Origin: Candidatus Multivoradales bacterium
Lineage (GTDB): Bacteria; Acidobacteriota; Thermoanaerobaculia; Multivoradales; Multivoraceae
Direction: 5' to 3'
Assembly (NCBI GenBank): GCA_965223325.1
Contig: CBDCWI010000002.1
Span: 4,000,001 to 4,064,000 of the forward strand
Length of the DNA stretch: 64,000 nt
The position numbers and the translations under genes are program-made. Within the stretch, counting starts at the first letter, position 1; each line of letters begins with the position of its first letter. Below the pieces are notes generated by a model. The model searched no databases. It was not told the origin of the DNA and saw only the letters and a list, made by a program, of their open reading frames with translations. This document shows positions 1 to 8,000 of the stretch, piece after piece.

Positions 1-587
1 TCGTCACGAACGGTGACCTCGGGATCGATCTGCAGGGCGACACCGAGTCGATCGGCGATTGCGTACATGCCTTCGATCTGGTCTTCGTTCCAACGCGTGA
101 GGGTCGAGTTGATCTTGAGACGCATGCCGCGGCCTTTGATCTCCTCGAGATTCTCGAGGAGGCGTTCGAAGCTGCCGGCGACCTGGGTCTGTTGGTCGTG
201 GGTCGAGGCGCAGTCACCATGAAGGCTGACTTCGATCAGAAACGGGTCGACCTCGGAGTGGAGACGTTCGAGCATCGCGCCGCGCAGAGCATGGCCGTTC
301 GACTTCACCCGCACCGCGAAGCCGCGCTCCCGGGCGTACGCACCGATCGTGAAAAAGTCCGGGTGAGCCAGTGGCTCCCCTCCCGAGAGAATCAGGTTGA
401 GCGCCCCCATTTCGGCCAACGCATCGATCGTCTGGAGCCAGTCCGGGGTCTCGAGGGGCTGGCCCACCAACGACAGGTCGTTGTAGCAGAACCAGCAGTC
501 GAGGTTGCAGCGGTAGGTGAGCTCGAAGAGGGCAGTAAACAGCCGCTCCTCTTCCCACAGGCGGGCGGCGATTTCGCGAAAGGCCAG
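1..587 (-). CDS. Radical SAM protein (PqqE/SPASM-like), N-terminal part; truncated by the window edge
   Basis: My translation (not in the ORF track): LAFREIAARLWEEERLFTALFELTYRCNLDCWFCYND...LILSGGEPLAHPDF...VKSNG...IEVSLHG...GSFERLLENL. CxxxCxxC lies at 486-509 and a GGEP motif follows. The frame is open to position 1. Likely start is CTG at 587, with AAGGA 8 nt upstream. Confidence 0.92.
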   Translation of the reverse strand, partial: MAFREIAARLWEEERLFTALFELTYRCNLDCWFCYNDLSLVGQPLETPDWLQTIDALAEMGALNLILSGGEPLAHPDFFTIGAYARERGFAVRVKSNGHALRGAMLERLHSEVDPFLIEVSLHGDCASTHDQQTQVAGSFERLLENLEEIKGRGMRLKINSTLTRWNEDQIEGMYAIADRLGVALQIDPEVTVRD

Positions 588-652
588 GGTGGAAGTCCTT
601 CGGGAGTGGGGAGGGCGGGGAACCGCTTGGAGGGGTCGACGACCCTTAGGAC

Positions 653-823
653 CTAGGAAGAAATCGGGCCGCCAGGGCAGCTGCCGTAGTCGGCTTTGCC
701 GGGGCCTGAGCACACCGCGGCGACGACTTCGAGCGCCTCGCGCGACAGGATTACCGGGCGCTGGTAGCGTCGCCGGTCCTGCTTGGGGTCCTTCGCTTTG
801 GGCTTTGGAACGGGCTTCTTCAT
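653..823 (-). CDS. Putative RiPP precursor peptide, 56 aa
   Basis: ATG at 823 to TAG at 653 gives MKKPVPKPKAKDPKQDRRRYQRPVILSREALEVVAAVCSGPGKADYGSCPGGPISS. It has a basic leader with YxxPx(I/L) and a Cys/Gly/Ser/Pro-rich tail, and ends 65 nt upstream of the radical SAM gene. It is below the ORF-track length cut-off. Confidence 0.8.
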   Translation of the reverse strand: MKKPVPKPKAKDPKQDRRRYQRPVILSREALEVVAAVCSGPGKADYGSCPGGPISS

Positions 824-842
824 GAGGTGACTTCCATCTACG

Positions 843-862
843 CGGGAGGCGAGACCCTCCCG
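843..862 (-). other. 5'-terminal stem-loop of the precursor transcript
   Basis: Minus strand CGGGAGG-GTCTCG-CCTCCCG is a perfect 7-bp stem just downstream of the predicted -10 box. Confidence 0.55.
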
Positions 863-871
863 AGCCCAAAA

Positions 872-900
872 ATCGTATCAAAACTATTATTTCTACTCAA
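872..900 (-). promoter_or_regulatory. Sigma70-type promoter for the peptide gene
   Basis: Minus strand TTGAGT-17 nt-TACGAT with an extended -10 TG (TGaTACGAT), in an AT-rich patch within GC-rich DNA. Confidence 0.7.
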
Positions 901-905
901 GCTGG

Positions 906-2330
906 TCAGGTGCCCGGGCTGGTCAGGATGATCTTGATCGTTCGCAGCAGGATGGAGAGGTCCAACCAGAGGCTCCAGTTGGCCAGGTAGGCGAGGTCGT
1001 AGCGCAGTTTGTTACGGGCGCTCGAGTGGTAGTTGCCATTGACCTGCGCTAGGCCGGTCAGCCCTGGGGGCATCGCGAAGCGCTCGATGTAGCCGGGAAT
1101 CTCGTCGATGAACTGAGCGACGAAGCTCGGGCGCTCGGGCCGTGGACCCACCAGGCTCATCTCTCCCCGCAACACGTTGAGGAGCTGCGGGACCTCATCA
1201 AAGCGGCTGCGGCGCAGGAAGCGGCCCACCGGAGTGATACGGGGGTCTTCGGGACTGGCGAGGACGGCGCCGGTGCTGGATTCGGCGTCCACCACCATGG
1301 TGCGCAGCTTGAGCAACTCGAAGGGCTGTCGATCACGGCCGAGCCGCTTCTGGCGAAAAATCACCGGGCCTGGCGAGCTCCAACGCACTGCGATCGCCGC
1401 GACGATCATGAAGGGAATCGACAGGAAGAGCGCCAACGAAGCAACCACGACGTCGAAGGCACGTTTGAAGGGAAGGCTTGCGCGCCACTCCGAGGCCCGC
1501 ATGACCTCGATCAGCGCCATGTCGTGGACCGAGCGGAAGCGAGTGCGACCGATCAGGCTCTCGAAGGGACTGGGCAGGAGCAAGACGGTGCCTCGCTGAC
1601 TGGGCTGGCGCGCCATGCGGTCGATCAGACGCGTTTGCCAGTCGTCGGGTGAGGCGGCCATCACGATCATGTCGATGGTTCCGTCGTCGATGAGATCTGG
1701 CAGGTCCGCCACGCTGCCCAGGTGTGGTCCGAGCGTTTCCCTGGGGTGCCAGGTATCCCTTTCCCCGCCACGCGCGCGACGGCCTTCCTCGGGAATCGCC
1801 ACGTGCCCTCCGATGCGGAGTCCATGCCAGTGGTACCTCTCGATGTGCAGTGCCAGCTCCCGCGCCGCGTCGGAGGTGCCGATGATGGCGACCTTGCGCC
1901 ACTCGGTGGGTTGCAACTGCATGAGCAGCAGGCGAAACAGAAACAGCACGACCAGGTGAATAGGCCAGAACAGCACCAGCACCGATCGTGGAAAGGTGAG
2001 CTGAGACAAGAAGTAGAAGGCCATCAAGAGAAGCGTCTGAATGCTGACGACTGCCAACAGGCGGTTGAGAACCTCGAGGCGAGGTCTCGGGCGTCCGCCG
2101 TCGTAGAAACCAAACAACCACAGGAGCAGGTTCTGCGTGATCACGACCAGCAGCGAGGCGGTGCCGAAGAAGATCAGTCGCTCCTGCGGCAACAGCGCCT
2201 GAGTCAGTGGAATGGGCAGCGTAATGCGGACCAGAAACGCCAGGTAGAGCGACAAGAGCCCCACTGCAACATCGCCCGAGGCGCGCACGAGGCGAAAAAG
2301 CAGCCGAAGTTGGTTTGTTGCGGAATCCAT
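906..2330 (-). CDS. Polyprenyl-phosphate glycosylphosphotransferase (WcaJ/WbaP-type priming sugar transferase)
   Basis: N-terminal TM helices, a Rossmann-like IIGT segment, and a C-terminal Bac_transf domain (KRAFD, KLRTM, DPRITPVGRFLRRSRFDEVPQLLNVLRGEMSLVGPRPE, PGLTGLAQV). Confidence 0.93.
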   Translation of the reverse strand: MDSATNQLRLLFRLVRASGDVAVGLLSLYLAFLVRITLPIPLTQALLPQERLIFFGTASLLVVITQNLLLWLFGFYDGGRPRPRLEVLNRLLAVVSIQTLLLMAFYFLSQLTFPRSVLVLFWPIHLVVLFLFRLLLMQLQPTEWRKVAIIGTSDAARELALHIERYHWHGLRIGGHVAIPEEGRRARGGERDTWHPRETLGPHLGSVADLPDLIDDGTIDMIVMAASPDDWQTRLIDRMARQPSQRGTVLLLPSPFESLIGRTRFRSVHDMALIEVMRASEWRASLPFKRAFDVVVASLALFLSIPFMIVAAIAVRWSSPGPVIFRQKRLGRDRQPFELLKLRTMVVDAESSTGAVLASPEDPRITPVGRFLRRSRFDEVPQLLNVLRGEMSLVGPRPERPSFVAQFIDEIPGYIERFAMPPGLTGLAQVNGNYHSSARNKLRYDLAYLANWSLWLDLSILLRTIKIILTSPGT

Positions 2331-2448
2331 ACGTGGGGTCTCTAGTGACAGCGCTATTGAAACGGGGCGCGAAACGAACCCGAGAGGCGAACCCGAGAAG
2401 CCCTGGGGCCGAACCTGAAGTGGCCTCCCCAGGGTCCCGCCAAGACCG

Positions 2449-2667
2449 TAGAATCCCTTTCATCGAGCGGCGACCAGCTCTAGCGACGCCGGATCCATGG
2501 CTGGCGTCGTTTCAGCTTAACCGCTCTGTTCGCGGAGCTTTAGCTTTTCCCAACGATTCCCTCGCTCTACCCTGGGGGTTGCCGAACCCTTTCCACGCCG
2601 ACCTAGCTTTGACCAGGGTCTAAGGCCATCTGACCATCTCGACCACCCTCCGTCTCGAGGTTTCCCG
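2449..2667 (+). promoter_or_regulatory. Putative -10 box and long structured 5' leader of metF-metH (candidate cis-regulatory RNA)
   Basis: TAGAAT at 2449-2454. Hairpin GAGCGG..AGCT..AGCGACGCCGG/CTGGCGTCGTT..AGCT..CCGCTC at 2465-2526. ACCCTGG/CCAGGGT encloses GGGTT-GCCG-AACCC. A CTCGA/TCGAG stem covers the GAGG SD. Confidence 0.45.
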
Positions 2668-3621
2668 ATGAAAGTGATCGAACATCTGGCGCGCTCCGAG
2701 CGCCCCCTGATCAGTTTCGAGATCATTCCGCCGTTGCGAGGTGGCAACCTGAGCGGTCTGCTCGGCCTCATCGAGGATCTGGCGAAGTTCGAACCGCCCT
2801 TCATCGACATCACCAGCCACGCCGCCGAGGCGTTCTTCGAGGAGACCAAAGAGGGTGAGTTTCGTCGCCGGGTCAAGCGCAAGCGCCCCGGCACGCTCGG
2901 AATCTGCGCTCTGATCCAGAACAAGTATGGGATCGATGCCGTTCCTCATCTGCTCTGTCACGGGTTTTCGCGCGAAGAGACCGAAGACATGCTCATCGAG
3001 CTTACCTATCTGGGAATCGACAACGTGCTGGCGGTGCGCGGCGACTATCCGGGCTACGCCAAGCCGCTGGCCAACCACCGCACCGCCAACAGCTACGCGG
3101 TCGATCTGGTCAGCCAGATCGCCGATATGAATCGCGGAGTGTACCTGGAAGAGGGGCTCCTGGATGCCGAGCCAACGGACTTCTGCATTGGGGTCGGCGG
3201 CTATCCAGAGAAGCACTTCGAGGCTCCCAATCTGACGACCGACATCGAATACACCAAAGCGAAGGTCGAGGCTGGAGCCGACTACATCGTGACCCAGATG
3301 TTTTTCGACAACCAGCAGTACTTCGACTACGTCAAAGCCTGCCGCGCGGCTGGTATCGAAGTCCCCATCATCCCGGGCCTCAAGATCGTCACCAGTCGCA
3401 AACACCTGCAGACCCTGCCGTCGAACTTCTACGTCGACTTGCCGGACGATCTCGTGGGCGAGATCGGCGATGCGCCCAGCAAGCACGTGCGGGAGATCGG
3501 CGTGCGTTGGGCACTCGACCAGAGCCGAGAGTTGCTCGACTGGGGAGTGCCATCGGTGCACTTCTACGTCATGCAGAGCTCGGCGGCGATCAAGCCGCTC
3601 CTCGACCAATTGGATATTTGA
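2668..3621 (+). CDS. metF: 5,10-methylenetetrahydrofolate reductase
   Basis: ISFEIIPP, VPHLLC, NVLAVRGD, GGYPEKH, KVEAGADYIVTQMFFD, HFYVM; directly upstream of metH. Confidence 0.95.
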   Translation: MKVIEHLARSERPLISFEIIPPLRGGNLSGLLGLIEDLAKFEPPFIDITSHAAEAFFEETKEGEFRRRVKRKRPGTLGICALIQNKYGIDAVPHLLCHGFSREETEDMLIELTYLGIDNVLAVRGDYPGYAKPLANHRTANSYAVDLVSQIADMNRGVYLEEGLLDAEPTDFCIGVGGYPEKHFEAPNLTTDIEYTKAKVEAGADYIVTQMFFDNQQYFDYVKACRAAGIEVPIIPGLKIVTSRKHLQTLPSNFYVDLPDDLVGEIGDAPSKHVREIGVRWALDQSRELLDWGVPSVHFYVMQSSAAIKPLLDQLDI

Positions 3622-3655
3622 GGCCCCTTAGCCTCAGCCGAGAAAAACGCCAGTC

Positions 3656-6600
3656 ATGAACCCAATCTCTCTGGAAGCCTTGAGGGCAGTCAAAGCGCCC
3701 GCCTCGCCGCGTCCCGAGGACGCTGATGCGCGCCGTCGAGCACTTTTCGAGGCGCTCGAGGAGCGCATTCTGGTTCTCGATGGGGCGACTGGTACGGCGA
3801 TGCAAGGCCAGGACCTCGGACCGGAAGACTTCGGTGGCGAAGAGCTCGAGGGGTGCAACGAGATCCTCTGCGTTACGCGCCCTGATGTGGTTCTCGACGT
3901 GCATCGTCACTATCTTGCAGCGGGCGCCGACATCGTCGAAACCAACACCTTCGGCGCCACACCCCTCGTGCTCGCCGAGTACGACCTGGCCGAACGTGCC
4001 TTCGAGCTGAACAAGCTGGCTGCCCAACTCGCGCGCTCGGCATGTACCGAGTTCGACGACGAAAAAGCGCGGTTCGTCTGCGGGTCGATGGGGCCGACGA
4101 CGAAGGCCATCTCGGTCACCGGCGGCGTCACCTTCGAAGAGCTCATCGAGCACTATCGCATCGAAGCGCTCGGGCTGATGGCAGGCGGCGTCGACTACCT
4201 GCTACTCGAAACCTGCCAGGACACCCGCAACGTCAAGGCTGGGCTCCTCGGAATCGATGGTGCCGTCCGGGAGCTTGGCTTCGAAGTACCGGTGGCGGTT
4301 TCGGTGACCATCGAAACCATGGGCACGATGCTGGGCGGTCAAGACGCTGAGGCGCTGGCCGTTTCTCTGATGCACCGCGAGCTACTCTACGTCGGCCTCA
4401 ACTGTGCCACCGGCCCCGAGCTCATGGCAGATCATCTGCGAACGCTTTCCGAGCTCGTGCGTACCCGAGTCGCCTGCGTTCCCAATGCCGGCCTTCCCGA
4501 CGAGGATGGCGAGTACAACGAGGGCCCCGAGGCGTTTCGGGAGGTTTTCGGTCGCTTCCTCGACGCGGGTTGGCTCAACCTCGTCGGCGGCTGTTGTGGC
4601 ACCACCGCCGCTCACGTCGCCGAACTGGTTGCGCTGAGCGCCGGCCGCACGCCACGGGTGGTACCGGCTCATCGCCGCGCTCTAGTCTCGGGGCTCGAAG
4701 CGGTGGAGCTCACCGAAGACAACCGTCCGCTCCTGGTTGGTGAACGCACTAACGTCCTCGGGAGCCGCAAGTTCAAGCGACTGATCGCGGAAGAGAGCTT
4801 CGAGGCCGCTGCCGAAGTCGGGCGCGCACAGGTTCGAGGCGGTGCGCAGGTAATCGACGTCTGCCTGCAAGACACGGAGCGCGACGAGCTCGCAGACATG
4901 GAAGCCTTCCTCGACCGCCTGGTGCGCCTGGTCAAGGTTCCGCTGATGATCGACTCGACCGATCACGAGGTGATGCATCGGGCCCTGACCTGGTGTCAGG
5001 GCAAAGCGATCCTCAACTCGATCAACCTCGAAGACGGCATCGAACGTTTCGAACACGTCGTCCCATTGGCAAAGCGATTCGGCGCCGCCCTCGTGGTTGG
5101 TTTGATCGACGAGCAGGGGATGGCGGTGAGCGTGGAGCGCAAGCTCGAAGTCGCGCAGCGGAGCTACGAGCTTCTCACCGGCGACTACGGTGTCCTGCCT
5201 GAAGACATCTGGTGGGATCCACTGGTGTTTCCCTGCGGTACTGGCGACGAGAACTACGTTGGCTCGGCGAAGGCAACCATTGATGGTGTGGCTGCGGTGC
5301 GTGGCGCCTTTCCGGGGACTCGCACCATCCTCGGCATCTCGAATGTCAGCTTCGGCCTTCCCAACGCCGGCCGCGAAGTTCTCAACTCGGCGTTTCTCTT
5401 CGCCTGCACACGCGCCGGGCTCGACGCGGCCATCGTCAACACCGAGAAGCTCGCGCGCTATGCCGACATCCCAGCCGAGGAGCGGATGCTTGCCGAGCGC
5501 CTGCTCAGCCTCGAGGTTGGTGATGTTGCAGCTTCGGAGACCGCAGTCGAAGAATTCACAGCGCACTTTCGTGGTCGCAAGTCGACCGTCGGCGCCGTCG
5601 AGCGTGCCGACCTTCCGTTGGGCGAGCGGCTCGCGCGTAACATCGTCGAAGGCACCAAAGAAGGGCTTGCCGAGGATCTCGACGCAGCACTGGCGGATCC
5701 AGCCTGGCCGCAGCCTCTTGACATCATCAATGGACCATTGATGACCGGTATGGCGGAAGTCGGTCGCCTCTTCAACGACAACGAGCTGATCGTTGCCGAG
5801 GTTTTGCAGAGCGCCGAGGTCATGAAGGCGGCGGTGTCACAGCTCGAACCGCACATGGAGTCGTCGGGGGCGTCGGCCAGCCGCGGCAAGGTGGTCTTGG
5901 CGACGGTGAAAGGTGACGTTCACGACATCGGCAAGAATCTGGTCGACATCATCCTGAGCAACAACGGCTTCGAGGTCGTCAATCTCGGAATCAAGGTGCC
6001 GAGTGAGCAGTTGATTCAAGCGGTGCGTGAGCACCAGCCGGACGTTCTCGGTCTTTCGGGTCTTCTGGTCAAGAGCGCGCAGCAGATGGTGCTGTCGGCC
6101 GGCGATATGCAAGCCGTAGGTGTCGACCCCGATTTGATTGTCGGTGGCGCAGCACTGACCCGTCGGTTCACGCACAAGAAGATCGCGCCGGCCTACGGTG
6201 GGTTCTGCACCTACGCCAAGGATGCGATGCATGGCCTCGACCTCGTCGAACAGCTCTGCGACGCGAGCCGTCGCGCACAGCTCATCGAGCAGGTTGCCGA
6301 GGTACAAAGGGCCGACCAGGAGGCACCGGAGAACGCGTCCCGCAAGGCACGTGTGGTTTCAGAAACCCGGTCGGCCGACGTGCGTCTCGACCTTGTGCCA
6401 CCCCGGCCGCCCGACCTCGAGCGCCATCGCGAAACCCTGGTCCTCGACGAGGTCTGGGAGCAGCTCAACCCGCAGATGCTCTTTGGCAAGCACCTGGGTT
6501 TCAAGGGGTCGGTCGCCAAGGCACAGGCCAATGGCGACGCGAAGTTGGCGAAGCTCGAGGAGATCGTCGGTGAGCTGAAACAACTAGCGCGCGACGGTGC

Positions 6601-7168
6601 CCTCGAGGTGGAGGCGGTCTGGCGCTTCTTCCCAGCACGAGCCGAGGGCAACGCGTTGGTCTTGTTCGATCCTGACGCCGAAGGTCGCGAAGCGGCACGC
6701 TTCGATCTGCCGCGGCAGGCGGGCGAGAACGGCCACTGCCTCGCCGACTATGTCCTCGCGGGCGACCATGTCGCCCTCTTTGTGACCACCGCGCGCGGTG
6801 CCCGCGAACGCGCCGAGCGATGGAAGAGTGAAGGTGAGTACTTGAAGAGCCACGGTATTGCCGCTCTCGCTCTCGAGACCGCCGAAGCCGCCGCCGAGCT
6901 GGTGCACATGCGCATGCGGGCGGCCTGGGGATTCGCCGACCCGCCGGAGATGACGCCGCGAGAACGCTTCGCGGCACGCTATCGCGGCAAGCGCTACAGT
7001 TTTGGCTATCCCGCCTGTCCGGACTTGGCAGATCAGCGCGCACTGTTTGCAGCGCTCGAGCCGGAGGACGTGGGCGTTCGCCTCACCGAGGGCGACATGA
7101 TGGATCCGGAGGCCTCGGTGTCGGCCCTCGTCTTTCATCATCCTGACGCCAAGTACTTCGGCGTCTGA
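3656..7168 (+). CDS. metH: Cobalamin-dependent methionine synthase
   Basis: VLDGATGT, GGCCGTT (Hcy/Zn), GERTNV pterin domain, KGDVHDIGKN...GLSGLL B12-binding motif, RYSFGYPACPDL activation domain. Confidence 0.97.
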   Translation: MNPISLEALRAVKAPASPRPEDADARRRALFEALEERILVLDGATGTAMQGQDLGPEDFGGEELEGCNEILCVTRPDVVLDVHRHYLAAGADIVETNTFGATPLVLAEYDLAERAFELNKLAAQLARSACTEFDDEKARFVCGSMGPTTKAISVTGGVTFEELIEHYRIEALGLMAGGVDYLLLETCQDTRNVKAGLLGIDGAVRELGFEVPVAVSVTIETMGTMLGGQDAEALAVSLMHRELLYVGLNCATGPELMADHLRTLSELVRTRVACVPNAGLPDEDGEYNEGPEAFREVFGRFLDAGWLNLVGGCCGTTAAHVAELVALSAGRTPRVVPAHRRALVSGLEAVELTEDNRPLLVGERTNVLGSRKFKRLIAEESFEAAAEVGRAQVRGGAQVIDVCLQDTERDELADMEAFLDRLVRLVKVPLMIDSTDHEVMHRALTWCQGKAILNSINLEDGIERFEHVVPLAKRFGAALVVGLIDEQGMAVSVERKLEVAQRSYELLTGDYGVLPEDIWWDPLVFPCGTGDENYVGSAKATIDGVAAVRGAFPGTRTILGISNVSFGLPNAGREVLNSAFLFACTRAGLDAAIVNTEKLARYADIPAEERMLAERLLSLEVGDVAASETAVEEFTAHFRGRKSTVGAVERADLPLGERLARNIVEGTKEGLAEDLDAALADPAWPQPLDIINGPLMTGMAEVGRLFNDNELIVAEVLQSAEVMKAAVSQLEPHMESSGASASRGKVVLATVKGDVHDIGKNLVDIILSNNGFEVVNLGIKVPSEQLIQAVREHQPDVLGLSGLLVKSAQQMVLSAGDMQAVGVDPDLIVGGAALTRRFTHKKIAPAYGGFCTYAKDAMHGLDLVEQLCDASRRAQLIEQVAEVQRADQEAPENASRKARVVSETRSADVRLDLVPPRPPDLERHRETLVLDEVWEQLNPQMLFGKHLGFKGSVAKAQANGDAKLAKLEEIVGELKQLARDGALEVEAVWRFFPARAEGNALVLFDPDAEGREAARFDLPRQAGENGHCLADYVLAGDHVALFVTTARGARERAERWKSEGEYLKSHGIAALALETAEAAAELVHMRMRAAWGFADPPEMTPRERFAARYRGKRYSFGYPACPDLADQRALFAALEPEDVGVRLTEGDMMDPEASVSALVFHHPDAKYFGV

Positions 7169-7172
7169 GCGG

Positions 7173-7985
7173 ATGTCACACCCCGAGCCGCTCTGGGCAG
7201 AGGAGTTGGAGACCGCGCGGGCCGCACTGCGAGCGGCAGGCGATCTCGTCCTGCCGATGTTTCGCCAGGCGATCGCGGTTGACAACAAGAACCAGAACGA
7301 TTTCGATCCGGTCACTGCGGCCGACCGGGACGCGGAACGCCTTATTCGTCGTGAGCTCGAGAGGGAGTTTCCGGACGACGCGATCCTCGGCGAGGAAGAA
7401 GGAGAGCGCAGCGGTAGGAGTGGTCGCACCTGGATTCTCGACCCGATCGACGGGACCCGTGCTTTCGTCGCCGGGTTTCCACTTTGGGGCATGCTGCTGG
7501 GGCTCGAAGTGGACGATCGTCCGGTGCTCGGGTTGATGCATCAACCCTTCCTCGGCGAGACGTTCTCGGGCGTCGCTGGGGCGGGCGGGTCGTATGAGCG
7601 CCGCATCGGTGACGTCGTCGTCGAGCGTCCGCTTGCGGGCTCGAAAGTCGGAGATCTGGCCGAAGCGACGCTCTCGTCGACCACGCCGGAGCTCTTTGGT
7701 ACTCCGCGCACCTCGGATGCCTTCGCGCGCCTGTGCAGTGCCACCCGCATGACCCGTTACGGCTCCGACTGCTACGCCTATTGCCTGCTCGCTCTGGGGA
7801 CCGTCGATCTGGTCGTCGAGGAAGGCCTCAAGGCGGTCGACATCGCACCGCTCATCCCGATTATCGAGGCGGCCGGCGGTGTGGTGACGAGCGAAACCGG
7901 AGGCTCGGCGGCCCAGGGCGGTTTTGTCGTCGCAGCCGCCAACCCGGCTCTCCACCGGCAGGCCCTCGCCCTGCTAGACCTCTAG
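7173..7985 (+). CDS. hisN: Inositol monophosphatase family protein, probable histidinol-phosphatase
   Basis: DPVTAADRDAE, ILGEE, WILDPIDGTRAF, DCYAY, DIAPLIPIIEAAGG. Confidence 0.8.
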   Translation: MSHPEPLWAEELETARAALRAAGDLVLPMFRQAIAVDNKNQNDFDPVTAADRDAERLIRRELEREFPDDAILGEEEGERSGRSGRTWILDPIDGTRAFVAGFPLWGMLLGLEVDDRPVLGLMHQPFLGETFSGVAGAGGSYERRIGDVVVERPLAGSKVGDLAEATLSSTTPELFGTPRTSDAFARLCSATRMTRYGSDCYAYCLLALGTVDLVVEEGLKAVDIAPLIPIIEAAGGVVTSETGGSAAQGGFVVAAANPALHRQALALLDL

Positions 7986-8000
7986 CTGGGCTGCCAGGTC

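Noticed and set aside
1-587. Radical SAM as the anaerobic sulfatase maturase (anSME) for the two nearby sulfatases
   Set aside because: The N-terminus (ELTYRCNLDCWFCYN) looks PqqE-like rather than anSME-like. It sits next to a peptide gene and is more than 7 kb from the sulfatases. This cannot be fully excluded without the C-terminus.
2569-2595. GGCAACC on the minus strand, suggesting a SAM-I riboswitch
   Set aside because: It is antisense to metF, and the other SAM-I elements (AUC..GAG, GAGGGA..GGCCC, GGUGC.AA) are not found in order.
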